Virus record (IMG/VR): IMGVR_UViG_3300028025_003904
Coordinates: 56,105-120,104 of that record
Length of the DNA: 64,000 bases
DNA from: a virus
Reading direction: 5' to 3' (one strand)
How positions within the stretch are numbered: the first letter of the stretch is position 1; each line of letters starts with the position of its first letter. Below the pieces are notes generated by a model, which worked only from the letters and a program-made list of their open reading frames with translations, had not been told where the DNA came from and made no database searches. A program made the position numbers and the translations under genes. Positions 22,023 to 31,467 of this stretch are shown piece by piece.

Positions 22023-24815
22023 TTATCCAATTAGTGTATAATAAACTCCCGAACCATATATACCCGTTGTGCAATTAACATAACTACCACTTGCATCCAA
22101 CTGAATTGTAATGTATAGGTTTGTATTATCACTTATTGATTGTGTATATGGACTACATCCAAATGAACCAGTATTAGTTTCACCAAATCTTGCTGATAAA
22201 TTACTACCTGTTGCATCGGTAGGATAATATGAAATAATTGAGCCCGATGTTATTTTCATTGAACCCATATTTACATAAGTTGAGCTAGATACGGATGAAC
22301 CGGTCATATAACTTGATGTTATATCTGCGTAAATATCGTTTGAACTCCAATATATTTTAGAATTATTATATTCCGGAGATACACTACCACTAACTCTTGC
22401 AAAGAATGTTAAAGTTCGTTGGTTTGGAGGTGATATATTTCTAATTCGTATTACCGATGTATAATTACCCCAAGTATCTACTAAATATTCTTTATTATCC
22501 TCTGTTGGTAATCTTACTCTATGTGTTTCTTTTGTATATCCATTATTAAATGGACTTATAACTAACATCAATGCTTCTGAACCATCATCTGATAATTTGT
22601 ATGCAACTATTGGTGCTTTTAAATAAAACAAAAATACAGGATAATTCTTTTCACCGGTTAGCCACTCACCATTCCAATATGTTTCAGCTTTTATCCAAAC
22701 CGTACTTGCTGCTATTATATCTTTGTGTTGTAGTACTTGCCAAAATCCAATATATAACCAATCCCAAGTACCATTACTACGAGAACGAGTTTCACCATAT
22801 GCACCAATTGTTTTGTAAAATACCTGATTTTCAGTTCCATCATATCCTAAATAATTTTGCCAATAAGCTATGGATTCTGGTTCTTCTCCTTGTGTATATG
22901 CTTCCCAACACCAACTACCATCCGCATACGCCATTGACCAAACCGCTTGGGATTGTATAGTAGATGGTGCAGGTTGTGGACGATACATTCCATTTTTATT
23001 ACCATTCCATTCAACATAAATTCTTTCAAAACCAAAATCTGATGCATCTATTGGCTCTTGAAATTGCCAAAAATAACCCATAGCTCTAGCGTTACCAGCA
23101 ACAGTTGCACCAAATATATCAAATAAAAGTTTTTTAGTAATATCATAACTATGTACTAATTGATAAGCTCTCCAAGTATCCAATCCAAAGTTTTGATAAT
23201 TGGTTATATAGTGTCTATTTATAGCATCACCGGCACCAACATAGAATGAAGTAACTCTTCCTCCTAATGCAGTATAATCTACACTTCCACTTGTATAGTA
23301 AGCATTATAATCATAATATAGAGTACCATTTCTTAATTGAGTAAGAGATTGGTTAATTCTAGCGTTATCCGAATCATTCCAGCCACCATACCAACCGGGT
23401 GCATATATACCACCGGCATAGTTACTAAATGTAGGAATAAAACCATTTTCGTTTGTATAAGCAAAGTAATTATTAGCTTGCGCGTAAACTTTACAAGCAT
23501 CTATACATTTTTTAAATCCTAATCCACATAGATAACTTGAACCTCCTGCACCTGAAAAATATTCAAAATCAAATTCTCTTATACGGCTATTACCATTTTC
23601 TTCATAGCATCCCAATAAATTATTGGCAGGAGAGTAAGCTCCCCCATTTGTACCTGAATTAATTGCCCACGTCCAATGGTATGGATTTATTTCGGAATAT
23701 TTAACACCATGTACACTATAACCGTTTGCCCAAGTATCATTATCAACTACCAAAGATTCCATCATGGCGGCGCATTTTTGAGTATCGCTTTCTACACTAA
23801 AATTAGGGTCTCTTCCTATAATATGCCCCACTGCACCTCTAATAAAAAAATCATTATCAAATTGTAATCTATCATTTGGATTTGCAAAGGTTTCTTCATA
23901 TTCTGCTCCATATGGGTATTGTGCAAATCCAGCTTTAACTAACGTTGTTACACATTTGTTTCTTCTGGTTGATATACGTCTAACTCTATTTAAAGAACCT
24001 AATCCTGTACTTTTATAGATTAAATCTCCCAACGGAGTACCCATATCAAGAAATTCTTTTTTTGAACCTGAATTATCTATTATCGGTAATGTATCTGGTA
24101 ATCTTCTAAAAAACGAAGTATATTCATAATTGTAAGATGGTATAAAATAATCAGGTCTAAATGTATAAGTTAAACTACCAGTTGTTACTACACGATTTGG
24201 GTCAGCCGCTATATGAACGATTGCACTTGTTTGTGTTCGTTCTTGGAAGCCAGGAACTCCAGGTTGCCCTCTCCAAGTTCTACCACTATTTAGCCAATTG
24301 CCACAAGTTATTTTTATTTCATATCCTTTCATATCGGAAAGGTCTATATTTTCTAACGAACGAGATTGATACGCATTCATATCAACTTGCCAAGCTTTAT
24401 ATGTGCCCGCTTCTGGTGTTTGAGTGTACCATATAGTATCGGTAAGTAATAAACTAGCAGTATCTAAAACCATTGCAGTACCACCACCATTTATATAAGC
24501 CCAAGGGTAATTGGCTATCTTTACACCACCACTATGTATAGTATCATCTACCCAACTCGTATCCATACTACCTGTCATCACTTCCAATGGTTCAGTTGTC
24601 ATTCTACCATTTGAACCCAATGTTACATAATACGATTTATAGTTAGTTGGGATTACATAATTACCGGCTGGTGCTAAAACCGATTTAGATGCATTCGTAT
24701 AAAAAATAGTCCCCATCGTAAAGAAGTTATCATTAGCATATAATATGGATGAACTATGTTCTTGTGTTGGGTCTATTACTCTTGCTCTAGCTTCTGTTAT
24801 ATTTGCGAATGCCAT
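22023..24815 (-). CDS. Hypothetical virion-associated protein, paralog 2 of 3, with extra C-terminal domain
   Basis: Same termini as its neighbours, plus a C-terminal ARVSGSVSP domain shared with 27335..28705. Confidence 0.75.
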   Translation of the reverse strand: MAFANITEARARVIDPTQEHSSSILYANDNFFTMGTIFYTNASKSVLAPAGNYVIPTNYKSYYVTLGSNGRMTTEPLEVMTGSMDTSWVDDTIHSGGVKIANYPWAYINGGGTAMVLDTASLLLTDTIWYTQTPEAGTYKAWQVDMNAYQSRSLENIDLSDMKGYEIKITCGNWLNSGRTWRGQPGVPGFQERTQTSAIVHIAADPNRVVTTGSLTYTFRPDYFIPSYNYEYTSFFRRLPDTLPIIDNSGSKKEFLDMGTPLGDLIYKSTGLGSLNRVRRISTRRNKCVTTLVKAGFAQYPYGAEYEETFANPNDRLQFDNDFFIRGAVGHIIGRDPNFSVESDTQKCAAMMESLVVDNDTWANGYSVHGVKYSEINPYHWTWAINSGTNGGAYSPANNLLGCYEENGNSRIREFDFEYFSGAGGSSYLCGLGFKKCIDACKVYAQANNYFAYTNENGFIPTFSNYAGGIYAPGWYGGWNDSDNARINQSLTQLRNGTLYYDYNAYYTSGSVDYTALGGRVTSFYVGAGDAINRHYITNYQNFGLDTWRAYQLVHSYDITKKLLFDIFGATVAGNARAMGYFWQFQEPIDASDFGFERIYVEWNGNKNGMYRPQPAPSTIQSQAVWSMAYADGSWCWEAYTQGEEPESIAYWQNYLGYDGTENQVFYKTIGAYGETRSRSNGTWDWLYIGFWQVLQHKDIIAASTVWIKAETYWNGEWLTGEKNYPVFLFYLKAPIVAYKLSDDGSEALMLVISPFNNGYTKETHRVRLPTEDNKEYLVDTWGNYTSVIRIRNISPPNQRTLTFFARVSGSVSPEYNNSKIYWSSNDIYADITSSYMTGSSVSSSTYVNMGSMKITSGSIISYYPTDATGSNLSARFGETNTGSFGCSPYTQSISDNTNLYITIQLDASGSYVNCTTGIYGSGVYYTLIG

Positions 24816-24816
24816 T

Positions 24817-27330
24817 TTATAAATCTTTAATTCTTATTACCGAAGTATAATTACCCCAAGTACTTACTAATATTTCTTTGTTTGCTTTAGTTGGTAATCT
24901 TAAACTAAAATCAGTTTTAGTGTATCCAATATTACAAGCGTTTTGAGTTATAAGAAGAGCTTCCGTTCCATCTGCGGATAATTTATATGCGGATATTGGA
25001 GCATCTCTATTATATAGATATACTGGATTATTATACTTTCCGGTTTTCCATTCACCATTCCAATAAACTTCTGGCTTTACCCAATCAGTATTTGCTTCTA
25101 TAATATCTTTATGTTGTAATACTTGGAAATAACCAATATATAACCAATCCATAGGACTATTAGCATGGTCACCAGTATCCCCGTACATAGCGTTGATATT
25201 ACCAGTTACACTACTATCTTCCAATCCATTCCAACCATAATAATTTGCCCAATATTTAAATGCATCTTTATCTTCATCTTGTCCTATTGAACCACCATCC
25301 CACATAAATAAACCATCTGCATAAGCCATACACCAGACTGCGTATGATTGAAAAACGGATGGAGCTATATATGCCCTAGAACCTGCATTCCCACCAGTAC
25401 CAGGTAAATATCCCCCATAATTTGTACCATTCCTTACATATGTTAAATCGGCACCAGCTACCGGTTCATGTCTTCTCCATAAATATCCAGCACATTGCAT
25501 GGTTGAAGCCGTTGCCTCATTATAGGTTGTATCTATTACTTTCCTTGCTACATCATAATTGTAAACTAAAGAATATGTAAACCATTGTGGAGCCGCATCG
25601 TTAAAGTAATTTGTTACAAAGCAATATTTAACATATTCACCAAAACCTTGCCATAACCCATAATCCCCAACTGCTTGGTCTATTGTCCAAGTCCCATTTG
25701 TAACAAATTTATCATAGCGTTCAAATAATTTATAATTTTCATTTACATTTGAACCAGTAGAAAAATAAAACCAACCATCACCTACGGCTCCGTATTTGCC
25801 TCTATTATCTATTCCACCACCATAATAAGACCATTTTGGGAAACGTTCTTTATTTGGTATTTGACCAGTTGCAATTCCATATGCAACTACACTATCATAA
25901 CATCTCTTTAATGCATACCCAACATAATAATCGTTAGTTCCATTATATACCTCAAAATCTTCTTGTATGTGGTCTGCTAAATATAAATTTGCAGATGTTG
26001 CATCATAACCACCAGGTTTTCCCAAATAAGTACATAGTTGATTTGCAGGTCCTTCGCTTTGATAAGCAGTTCCAGAGTTTATTTCAGTAGTCCAATGGTA
26101 TGGATTTACATAATTATATCTAAATCCTGAATAACTACCATTTTCCCAAGTAAAATTATCTACAATTAAAGAAATCATCATAGCCGGTATTTCCATACCG
26201 TTTGGCCAAGATGGAATACCAGGAACTGCTCTTTGCATTGCGTTTCTAATTGGAAAATCTCCACCAAATACAAATTTACCAATACCATCATGTTCTTCAT
26301 CAAAATCAGGTTCGGTGTACCAATTGAGCTCCAAATCCATAATCTTTTTGGTTGAAACTCTACCTTTTTCAGTTATTCCTTGATTTTTCCATGTTCCTAT
26401 TCTCCAATCTACATTTTTTGAATATGGGGGTGTTCCATTACTTAATGGTGTTATATCGGCAAGAGGTAGTGACATATCACTAAATAATTTTTGCTTTCCA
26501 AATTTATCTTTTATAGGAAGTACTTTTGGCATTCTTCTTATAATGGTTGATGCCTCATAGTTTTCATTTGCATACCAGTAATCTGGTTTAAATGTATAAG
26601 TTAAACTCCCAGTTGTTACTACTCTATATGGGTCATCTGCTAAATGAATTACACCTTGAACTATACTATTTAATGTATATCCGGGTGATGTATCTGGAGT
26701 ACCACTTAAATTTTCGTTTCTATTACTACCAGTATGGTATTCACCATTTATTACACGAAGGTCATATCCCTTCATATCTGTAATATCTATGGATTTTAAT
26801 GAACGAGATACAAATGCATTATTACCAGAACCACCTGCTGAATGTAATTTTCCATTTTCTATTACAAATGATTTAAATGCACCATTTGCATCCGGTCTTA
26901 CATATGTTGTATCCCAATAATCATCTGTTACATAAATTCTACCTTGTGCGGATTGTGATAATGATAATTTCATCCCACACCATTGAAAATAACTATCAGT
27001 ACTGGGAACGTATCTAGAACAAGTTAAATCCATTTTAGCTGAACCACTATATCCCGTACAATCTGCCCAATTTGTATCAAAACTACCAGTCATCAATTCC
27101 AATGGTTGTGTTGTAAATCTTCCATTAGAACCCAATGTTGCATAGTATGTTTTAAAATTTGTAGGAATTACATAATTACCAGCAGGTGCTAAAACAGATT
27201 TAGATGCATCTGTATAAAATGTTGTACCTAATGTAAAAAAATTATCACTAGCATAAAGTATAGAGCCACTATTATCTAATCTAGGATTAGTAATCCTGTC
27301 TTTTGCTTGAATGTACGATGAATACCCCAT
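24817..27330 (-). CDS. Hypothetical virion-associated protein, paralog 3 of 3
   Basis: Same conserved N- and C-terminal blocks. Confidence 0.75.
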   Translation of the reverse strand: MGYSSYIQAKDRITNPRLDNSGSILYASDNFFTLGTTFYTDASKSVLAPAGNYVIPTNFKTYYATLGSNGRFTTQPLELMTGSFDTNWADCTGYSGSAKMDLTCSRYVPSTDSYFQWCGMKLSLSQSAQGRIYVTDDYWDTTYVRPDANGAFKSFVIENGKLHSAGGSGNNAFVSRSLKSIDITDMKGYDLRVINGEYHTGSNRNENLSGTPDTSPGYTLNSIVQGVIHLADDPYRVVTTGSLTYTFKPDYWYANENYEASTIIRRMPKVLPIKDKFGKQKLFSDMSLPLADITPLSNGTPPYSKNVDWRIGTWKNQGITEKGRVSTKKIMDLELNWYTEPDFDEEHDGIGKFVFGGDFPIRNAMQRAVPGIPSWPNGMEIPAMMISLIVDNFTWENGSYSGFRYNYVNPYHWTTEINSGTAYQSEGPANQLCTYLGKPGGYDATSANLYLADHIQEDFEVYNGTNDYYVGYALKRCYDSVVAYGIATGQIPNKERFPKWSYYGGGIDNRGKYGAVGDGWFYFSTGSNVNENYKLFERYDKFVTNGTWTIDQAVGDYGLWQGFGEYVKYCFVTNYFNDAAPQWFTYSLVYNYDVARKVIDTTYNEATASTMQCAGYLWRRHEPVAGADLTYVRNGTNYGGYLPGTGGNAGSRAYIAPSVFQSYAVWCMAYADGLFMWDGGSIGQDEDKDAFKYWANYYGWNGLEDSSVTGNINAMYGDTGDHANSPMDWLYIGYFQVLQHKDIIEANTDWVKPEVYWNGEWKTGKYNNPVYLYNRDAPISAYKLSADGTEALLITQNACNIGYTKTDFSLRLPTKANKEILVSTWGNYTSVIRIKDL

Positions 27331-27334
27331 ATTA

Positions 27335-28705
27335 TTAAATTCCGGTTAATGTGTAGTATATACCAGGACCAAATGAATCGGCGCAACTTACATAATTACC
27401 ACCACCATCTGTTTGAATTGTTACATATACATCTATATCAGAACCAACAATTGAATTAGCTGCGCCACATAGGAATGAACCCGTACAATTTTGTGTATAA
27501 CATGCTGATATATTAGTACCAACATTATCCGTTGCAAAGTATGATATGGTTGAACCAGTTGTTAAAGTTACAACTCCCATATTTACATAAGTAGATGAAG
27601 ATACAGCCGATGCGGTTAGATACCCATTTGTAGTGGTTGCGAATATATCATTATTTGTATTCCAATATATTTTAGCATTCGTGTTAGTAGGCGATACACT
27701 ACCACTAACTCTTGCGTAAAATGTAACGGTTTGTTGTGCAGATTGTACAGGAGAACTCAATGTAAATCCAAAGTTTGTATTACCCAATGGTGATTCAACA
27801 ATTACAATTGAACCAGTTACCGTTGATAATTTATTAAAACTTGCACTTCCAGCTGCCGAACCTGATATTCCATTTATTTTACCACGTCTTTTTAGAGCTC
27901 TGTTATGAATAGTACTACCTCTAAATCCAGTATCAATTACATTAGAACCAGAGTATTGAACTATAAATCTATCAGGTAATTCACCCGAATCATAAGTAAG
28001 TGTAACTGCACCAAATGTTGTTCCTAAATCTACTGAATATGAATATGAACCAGTTACTCCGCCCAAATATTTAACCTCTGCAACATCTGCTGCTAATGTA
28101 GTTAAAGAACCAGTTGCTGGTAAATTATATTGAGATGTATATGTATAAAAATCGTTTGGAGCATCTTCGTAAAAATAATATGCTTCGGGTATTGGAAAGG
28201 TTGTCCTATCAGGCCCAGCCAATCCACCATATGCAGATGAAATAAACGCAAAACAAGGACACAATTCACCATAAGATGCACTATATAATACTAAATTTCC
28301 ATTTATTATCATTTCAGCACCACGTGGTAAGAATGCATCTACACTTGATGAGTAAGCAGCTGCTACGGATGCATATCCAACACCCTGTTGTTGTTGGACC
28401 ATCCACCATTGGTCGTGAAATCTTCTTGCTTTGAATGGTACATTTGGTCCTAATACAGGCCAATAACCCAACACTAACCCATCATATAATCTACCACAAT
28501 TTGCAGATGCGGATGTATCATTGTATCCACCAAACTCACCAATAGTTACTGGATAAGTATCGTTTATCTCCGGTGCTCCGGTTAGATTGACATTCTTATA
28601 TACATCATTTTGAGCTGCAGTTAATGAAAACGAACTAGCTGTCAATGACATTTCTGTCCGTATGTCCCCTAATGATATTTTTGAACCTGATGATGGTAAA
28701 GGCAT
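27335..28705 (-). CDS. Putative fibre-tip/adhesin-like structural protein
   Basis: MPLPSSG..IS..I..E N-terminus like 36761..37711. Ser/Thr-rich, with a late motif at 28729. Confidence 0.55.
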   Translation of the reverse strand: MPLPSSGSKISLGDIRTEMSLTASSFSLTAAQNDVYKNVNLTGAPEINDTYPVTIGEFGGYNDTSASANCGRLYDGLVLGYWPVLGPNVPFKARRFHDQWWMVQQQQGVGYASVAAAYSSSVDAFLPRGAEMIINGNLVLYSASYGELCPCFAFISSAYGGLAGPDRTTFPIPEAYYFYEDAPNDFYTYTSQYNLPATGSLTTLAADVAEVKYLGGVTGSYSYSVDLGTTFGAVTLTYDSGELPDRFIVQYSGSNVIDTGFRGSTIHNRALKRRGKINGISGSAAGSASFNKLSTVTGSIVIVESPLGNTNFGFTLSSPVQSAQQTVTFYARVSGSVSPTNTNAKIYWNTNNDIFATTTNGYLTASAVSSSTYVNMGVVTLTTGSTISYFATDNVGTNISACYTQNCTGSFLCGAANSIVGSDIDVYVTIQTDGGGNYVSCADSFGPGIYYTLTGI

Positions 28706-28736
28706 ATATAAAAGTATTATTCAACTAATATAAATA

Positions 28737-30830
28737 TCAGTCTAATACCTTTTTCAACATTTTAATTACCTCCGTGTATTCGATTGATTTAGAACACTCA
28801 AATTGTCTTTCAGTACCTTTGTGGTCTGGACACCAATTCCAATCACCAGGGTCCAAACGATAGCGGTTAAAACAACCACTACATTTAGTTTTCGGTGCAG
28901 TTATTCTATATGTATCTAATCCAGTTTCTGCAAATCCTTCGGAGAATCCTGATATTAGTATGGTTGGTGTTTTGGTAGCCCAACTTACCCAACTCAATCC
29001 ACTACCAATTCCTATGAATGCCTCACTCTTTTGTAGTTCTTCTATTACATTATCTATTGGTCCATTTGGTAGTTGAGTAATTCCAGTTGGATGATTATTT
29101 CCCATATACCCATCCCCCTCTCTACTTAAAAGAACAACTTTATATCCGTTATTATTTAACCAATCTACTACTTTTTGCCAACCACCATCGTTGTTCCAAT
29201 ACTTTGATTGAGCAGTTCCATGTATTGCAATTGCTACTTGCTTTTCACGTTTTATTTCTGAATTTAGCTTTAGTAATGGTCTAACCTCTTTGTATTCTAA
29301 TCCCAATATATCAGTTGCAGTTTTTTGTAAAGGATGTTGTTTGAAATCATTTGGAACTCTTGCAAAATCTACTTCTGAACTTATATCATCTTTATAGTAC
29401 CAACCTATACGATACATAGTATATAAATTAGGTGCAGTTTCTCCCGGCTCTATGAATTGTAATTGTGGATATTGTTCTTTAAAAAACTGATTATGGAATG
29501 TAGATACTATTACATCGCAATTCCATTTTTTACGGAACTCTTCTGCTATTGGAAACCAAGCTAATGTATCACCCAATGATTTAGACTCTAATGCAATATA
29601 AACTCTTTTACCAGTTGCATCATAATCATGCTCATAAACTAATACATTATCCTTATATACTTCAATTTTCCAATTTATAAAATACTTTTTACCAGCTTTT
29701 GCCCAATGTCCATCTTTTAATTGAGTAATAAATTCTAAAACATTAGTATCTTTGTTTATAAATTTAACTTCGTATTCATCGGTTGTTGGTGATTTTACAT
29801 CCAAATAAGGACCATCTACAAAATTTACATCAAATGTAGGTTTTAATAAATTTGGTCTTTTAATTAAATTATTGTAAATCACCTTTTCTGGTTTTAATTC
29901 TTTTACTATATTTTCTAAATTCACTTTTTGATTATCACTTATGTATGTTGCTACACCATCGTAGTAATTTTCGTAAGTGTGTAGTTTTTTAAGAAACAAA
30001 GGTAACCTATATGATAATGCTTCTTTAACTGCAAGTGGATTTAGTTCCCACTTTGATGGAAAATAAAATAAATCAGCCCCTTTGTAGAACTTTTCAGTAT
30101 CACTTTGCTCTCCCCAAATTATACAATTATCAGGTTTGTTTTCCATCAATGGTCCCCAATAGAATTGGAAGTTACCAGCTTGATTTCCTACAAAATGAAA
30201 CTTTACTTTATAGTTTTCTTTTTCACATAACCTTGCTAACTCAAATATATCACCTTGATTTTTACCATCTGTAAATAAACCAACGTGAAGAATGTGTTTG
30301 TATTCTTTATCAAATCCTACAACTTTCTTTGCTTCATCTTTATCACCATCCCAATACTCAATTGGATATTCCCAAATATCACAATCAATGTGAGTAAAGT
30401 ATTTGGCAAATTTCTTTCTACTCCATTCACTTACTAATACAAATTTATCAGCCGTATAAAGTAAATCTTTTGGTTCTGTATAAGATGAATGAGTTGTTAT
30501 TACTATGTTGTAATTTCTACCATTATCAAAAATCTCATTTAGATATTGTTTATCTACAAAGGTTTCTGGTATCTCTTGGAAATGAATAATATGTGGTTGC
30601 TCTTTACGAACAATACCAACAACATCACTTTTATGTTCTCCAATTGTTATTACCTCACATAGTTCTTTTATTTTGTTTCGTTGAACTACAAAGTCCATAG
30701 ATACACAATTATATTCTACAACAACTATGTTAAACTCATCCTTAAATGATTGGATTTGTTTTAATAGGTATTGAGGCATACCACCCGTTGAAAGGTGAGG
30801 AACTATATATAATAACTTTTTCTTATCCAT
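28737..30830 (-). CDS. Fused glycosyltransferase: N-terminal GT4-like domain plus C-terminal Aah/TibC-type protein O-heptosyltransferase domain
   Basis: N-terminal HLSTGGMPQY, VGLF..GKNQ and FPSKWELNPLAVKEA. C-terminal SLGDTLAWFP..EEF, FIGIGSGLSW and C..C...WCP.H....FEC.K.I Cys cluster. Confidence 0.8.
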   Translation of the reverse strand: MDKKKLLYIVPHLSTGGMPQYLLKQIQSFKDEFNIVVVEYNCVSMDFVVQRNKIKELCEVITIGEHKSDVVGIVRKEQPHIIHFQEIPETFVDKQYLNEIFDNGRNYNIVITTHSSYTEPKDLLYTADKFVLVSEWSRKKFAKYFTHIDCDIWEYPIEYWDGDKDEAKKVVGFDKEYKHILHVGLFTDGKNQGDIFELARLCEKENYKVKFHFVGNQAGNFQFYWGPLMENKPDNCIIWGEQSDTEKFYKGADLFYFPSKWELNPLAVKEALSYRLPLFLKKLHTYENYYDGVATYISDNQKVNLENIVKELKPEKVIYNNLIKRPNLLKPTFDVNFVDGPYLDVKSPTTDEYEVKFINKDTNVLEFITQLKDGHWAKAGKKYFINWKIEVYKDNVLVYEHDYDATGKRVYIALESKSLGDTLAWFPIAEEFRKKWNCDVIVSTFHNQFFKEQYPQLQFIEPGETAPNLYTMYRIGWYYKDDISSEVDFARVPNDFKQHPLQKTATDILGLEYKEVRPLLKLNSEIKREKQVAIAIHGTAQSKYWNNDGGWQKVVDWLNNNGYKVVLLSREGDGYMGNNHPTGITQLPNGPIDNVIEELQKSEAFIGIGSGLSWVSWATKTPTILISGFSEGFAETGLDTYRITAPKTKCSGCFNRYRLDPGDWNWCPDHKGTERQFECSKSIEYTEVIKMLKKVLD

Positions 30831-31467
30831 TTTGTAAATTTCGTATTACCTCATCAAAATATGGTAATTCTATTTGTATTTCATCGTTGTAATCTTTACT
30901 TGTCAAACTCAATTCACCTAATGCTTTTAGATTATCTATAATGTATATTGGTCTTTTGTTTTTATCTCTGTTCCACCAATACAATAAATCATCTCCAAAG
31001 AATATGCGTAATCTTTCATCTATTTTTATATAGTTTTCTTTACGAATAAACATCATACAACCAAATCCTAAATACCTACATTCCGCTTCTTTAAATTCAA
31101 ATACATCTACATTTGTATTAAACGATGTACCTAAATTTCTATTCGAATCAAAACCAATTATTCCAAAATCTAAATTGTTTATTGCTTCTAAATTGTGTTT
31201 TATTGTTTGAAAATTGATTTCTATATCATCATTTAATAAACAAACAATATTATTTTTAGCAAGTTCAACGCCGATATTCCAAGCTTTATTTACAAATAAA
31301 TTTTCTTTTGGGATTAAAATTGTTAGTTCTGGGTCTAAATAGCAACCATGTGAATTATCAATTAAAATAAATTCAGCATTTGGAATGTTTGCTCGTTTGT
31401 AATCATCAATGATATTACATAATCGTTTTGCATCTTTCCACATTGTGGGTACTATAAAACTTATCAT
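30823..31467 (-). CDS. Glycosyltransferase family 2-like
   Basis: ISFIVPT, LIDNS, VNKAWNIG, LLNDD and FFGDD motifs. Confidence 0.8.
   Translation of the reverse strand: MISFIVPTMWKDAKRLCNIIDDYKRANIPNAEFILIDNSHGCYLDPELTILIPKENLFVNKAWNIGVELAKNNIVCLLNDDIEINFQTIKHNLEAINNLDFGIIGFDSNRNLGTSFNTNVDVFEFKEAECRYLGFGCMMFIRKENYIKIDERLRIFFGDDLLYWWNRDKNKRPIYIIDNLKALGELSLTSKDYNDEIQIELPYFDEVIRNLQNG

Noticed and set aside
19715-28705. Diversity-generating retroelement acting on the paralogous genes
   Set aside because: No reverse transcriptase in the window, and no repeat pair differing only at adenines. Differences look like ordinary paralog divergence.
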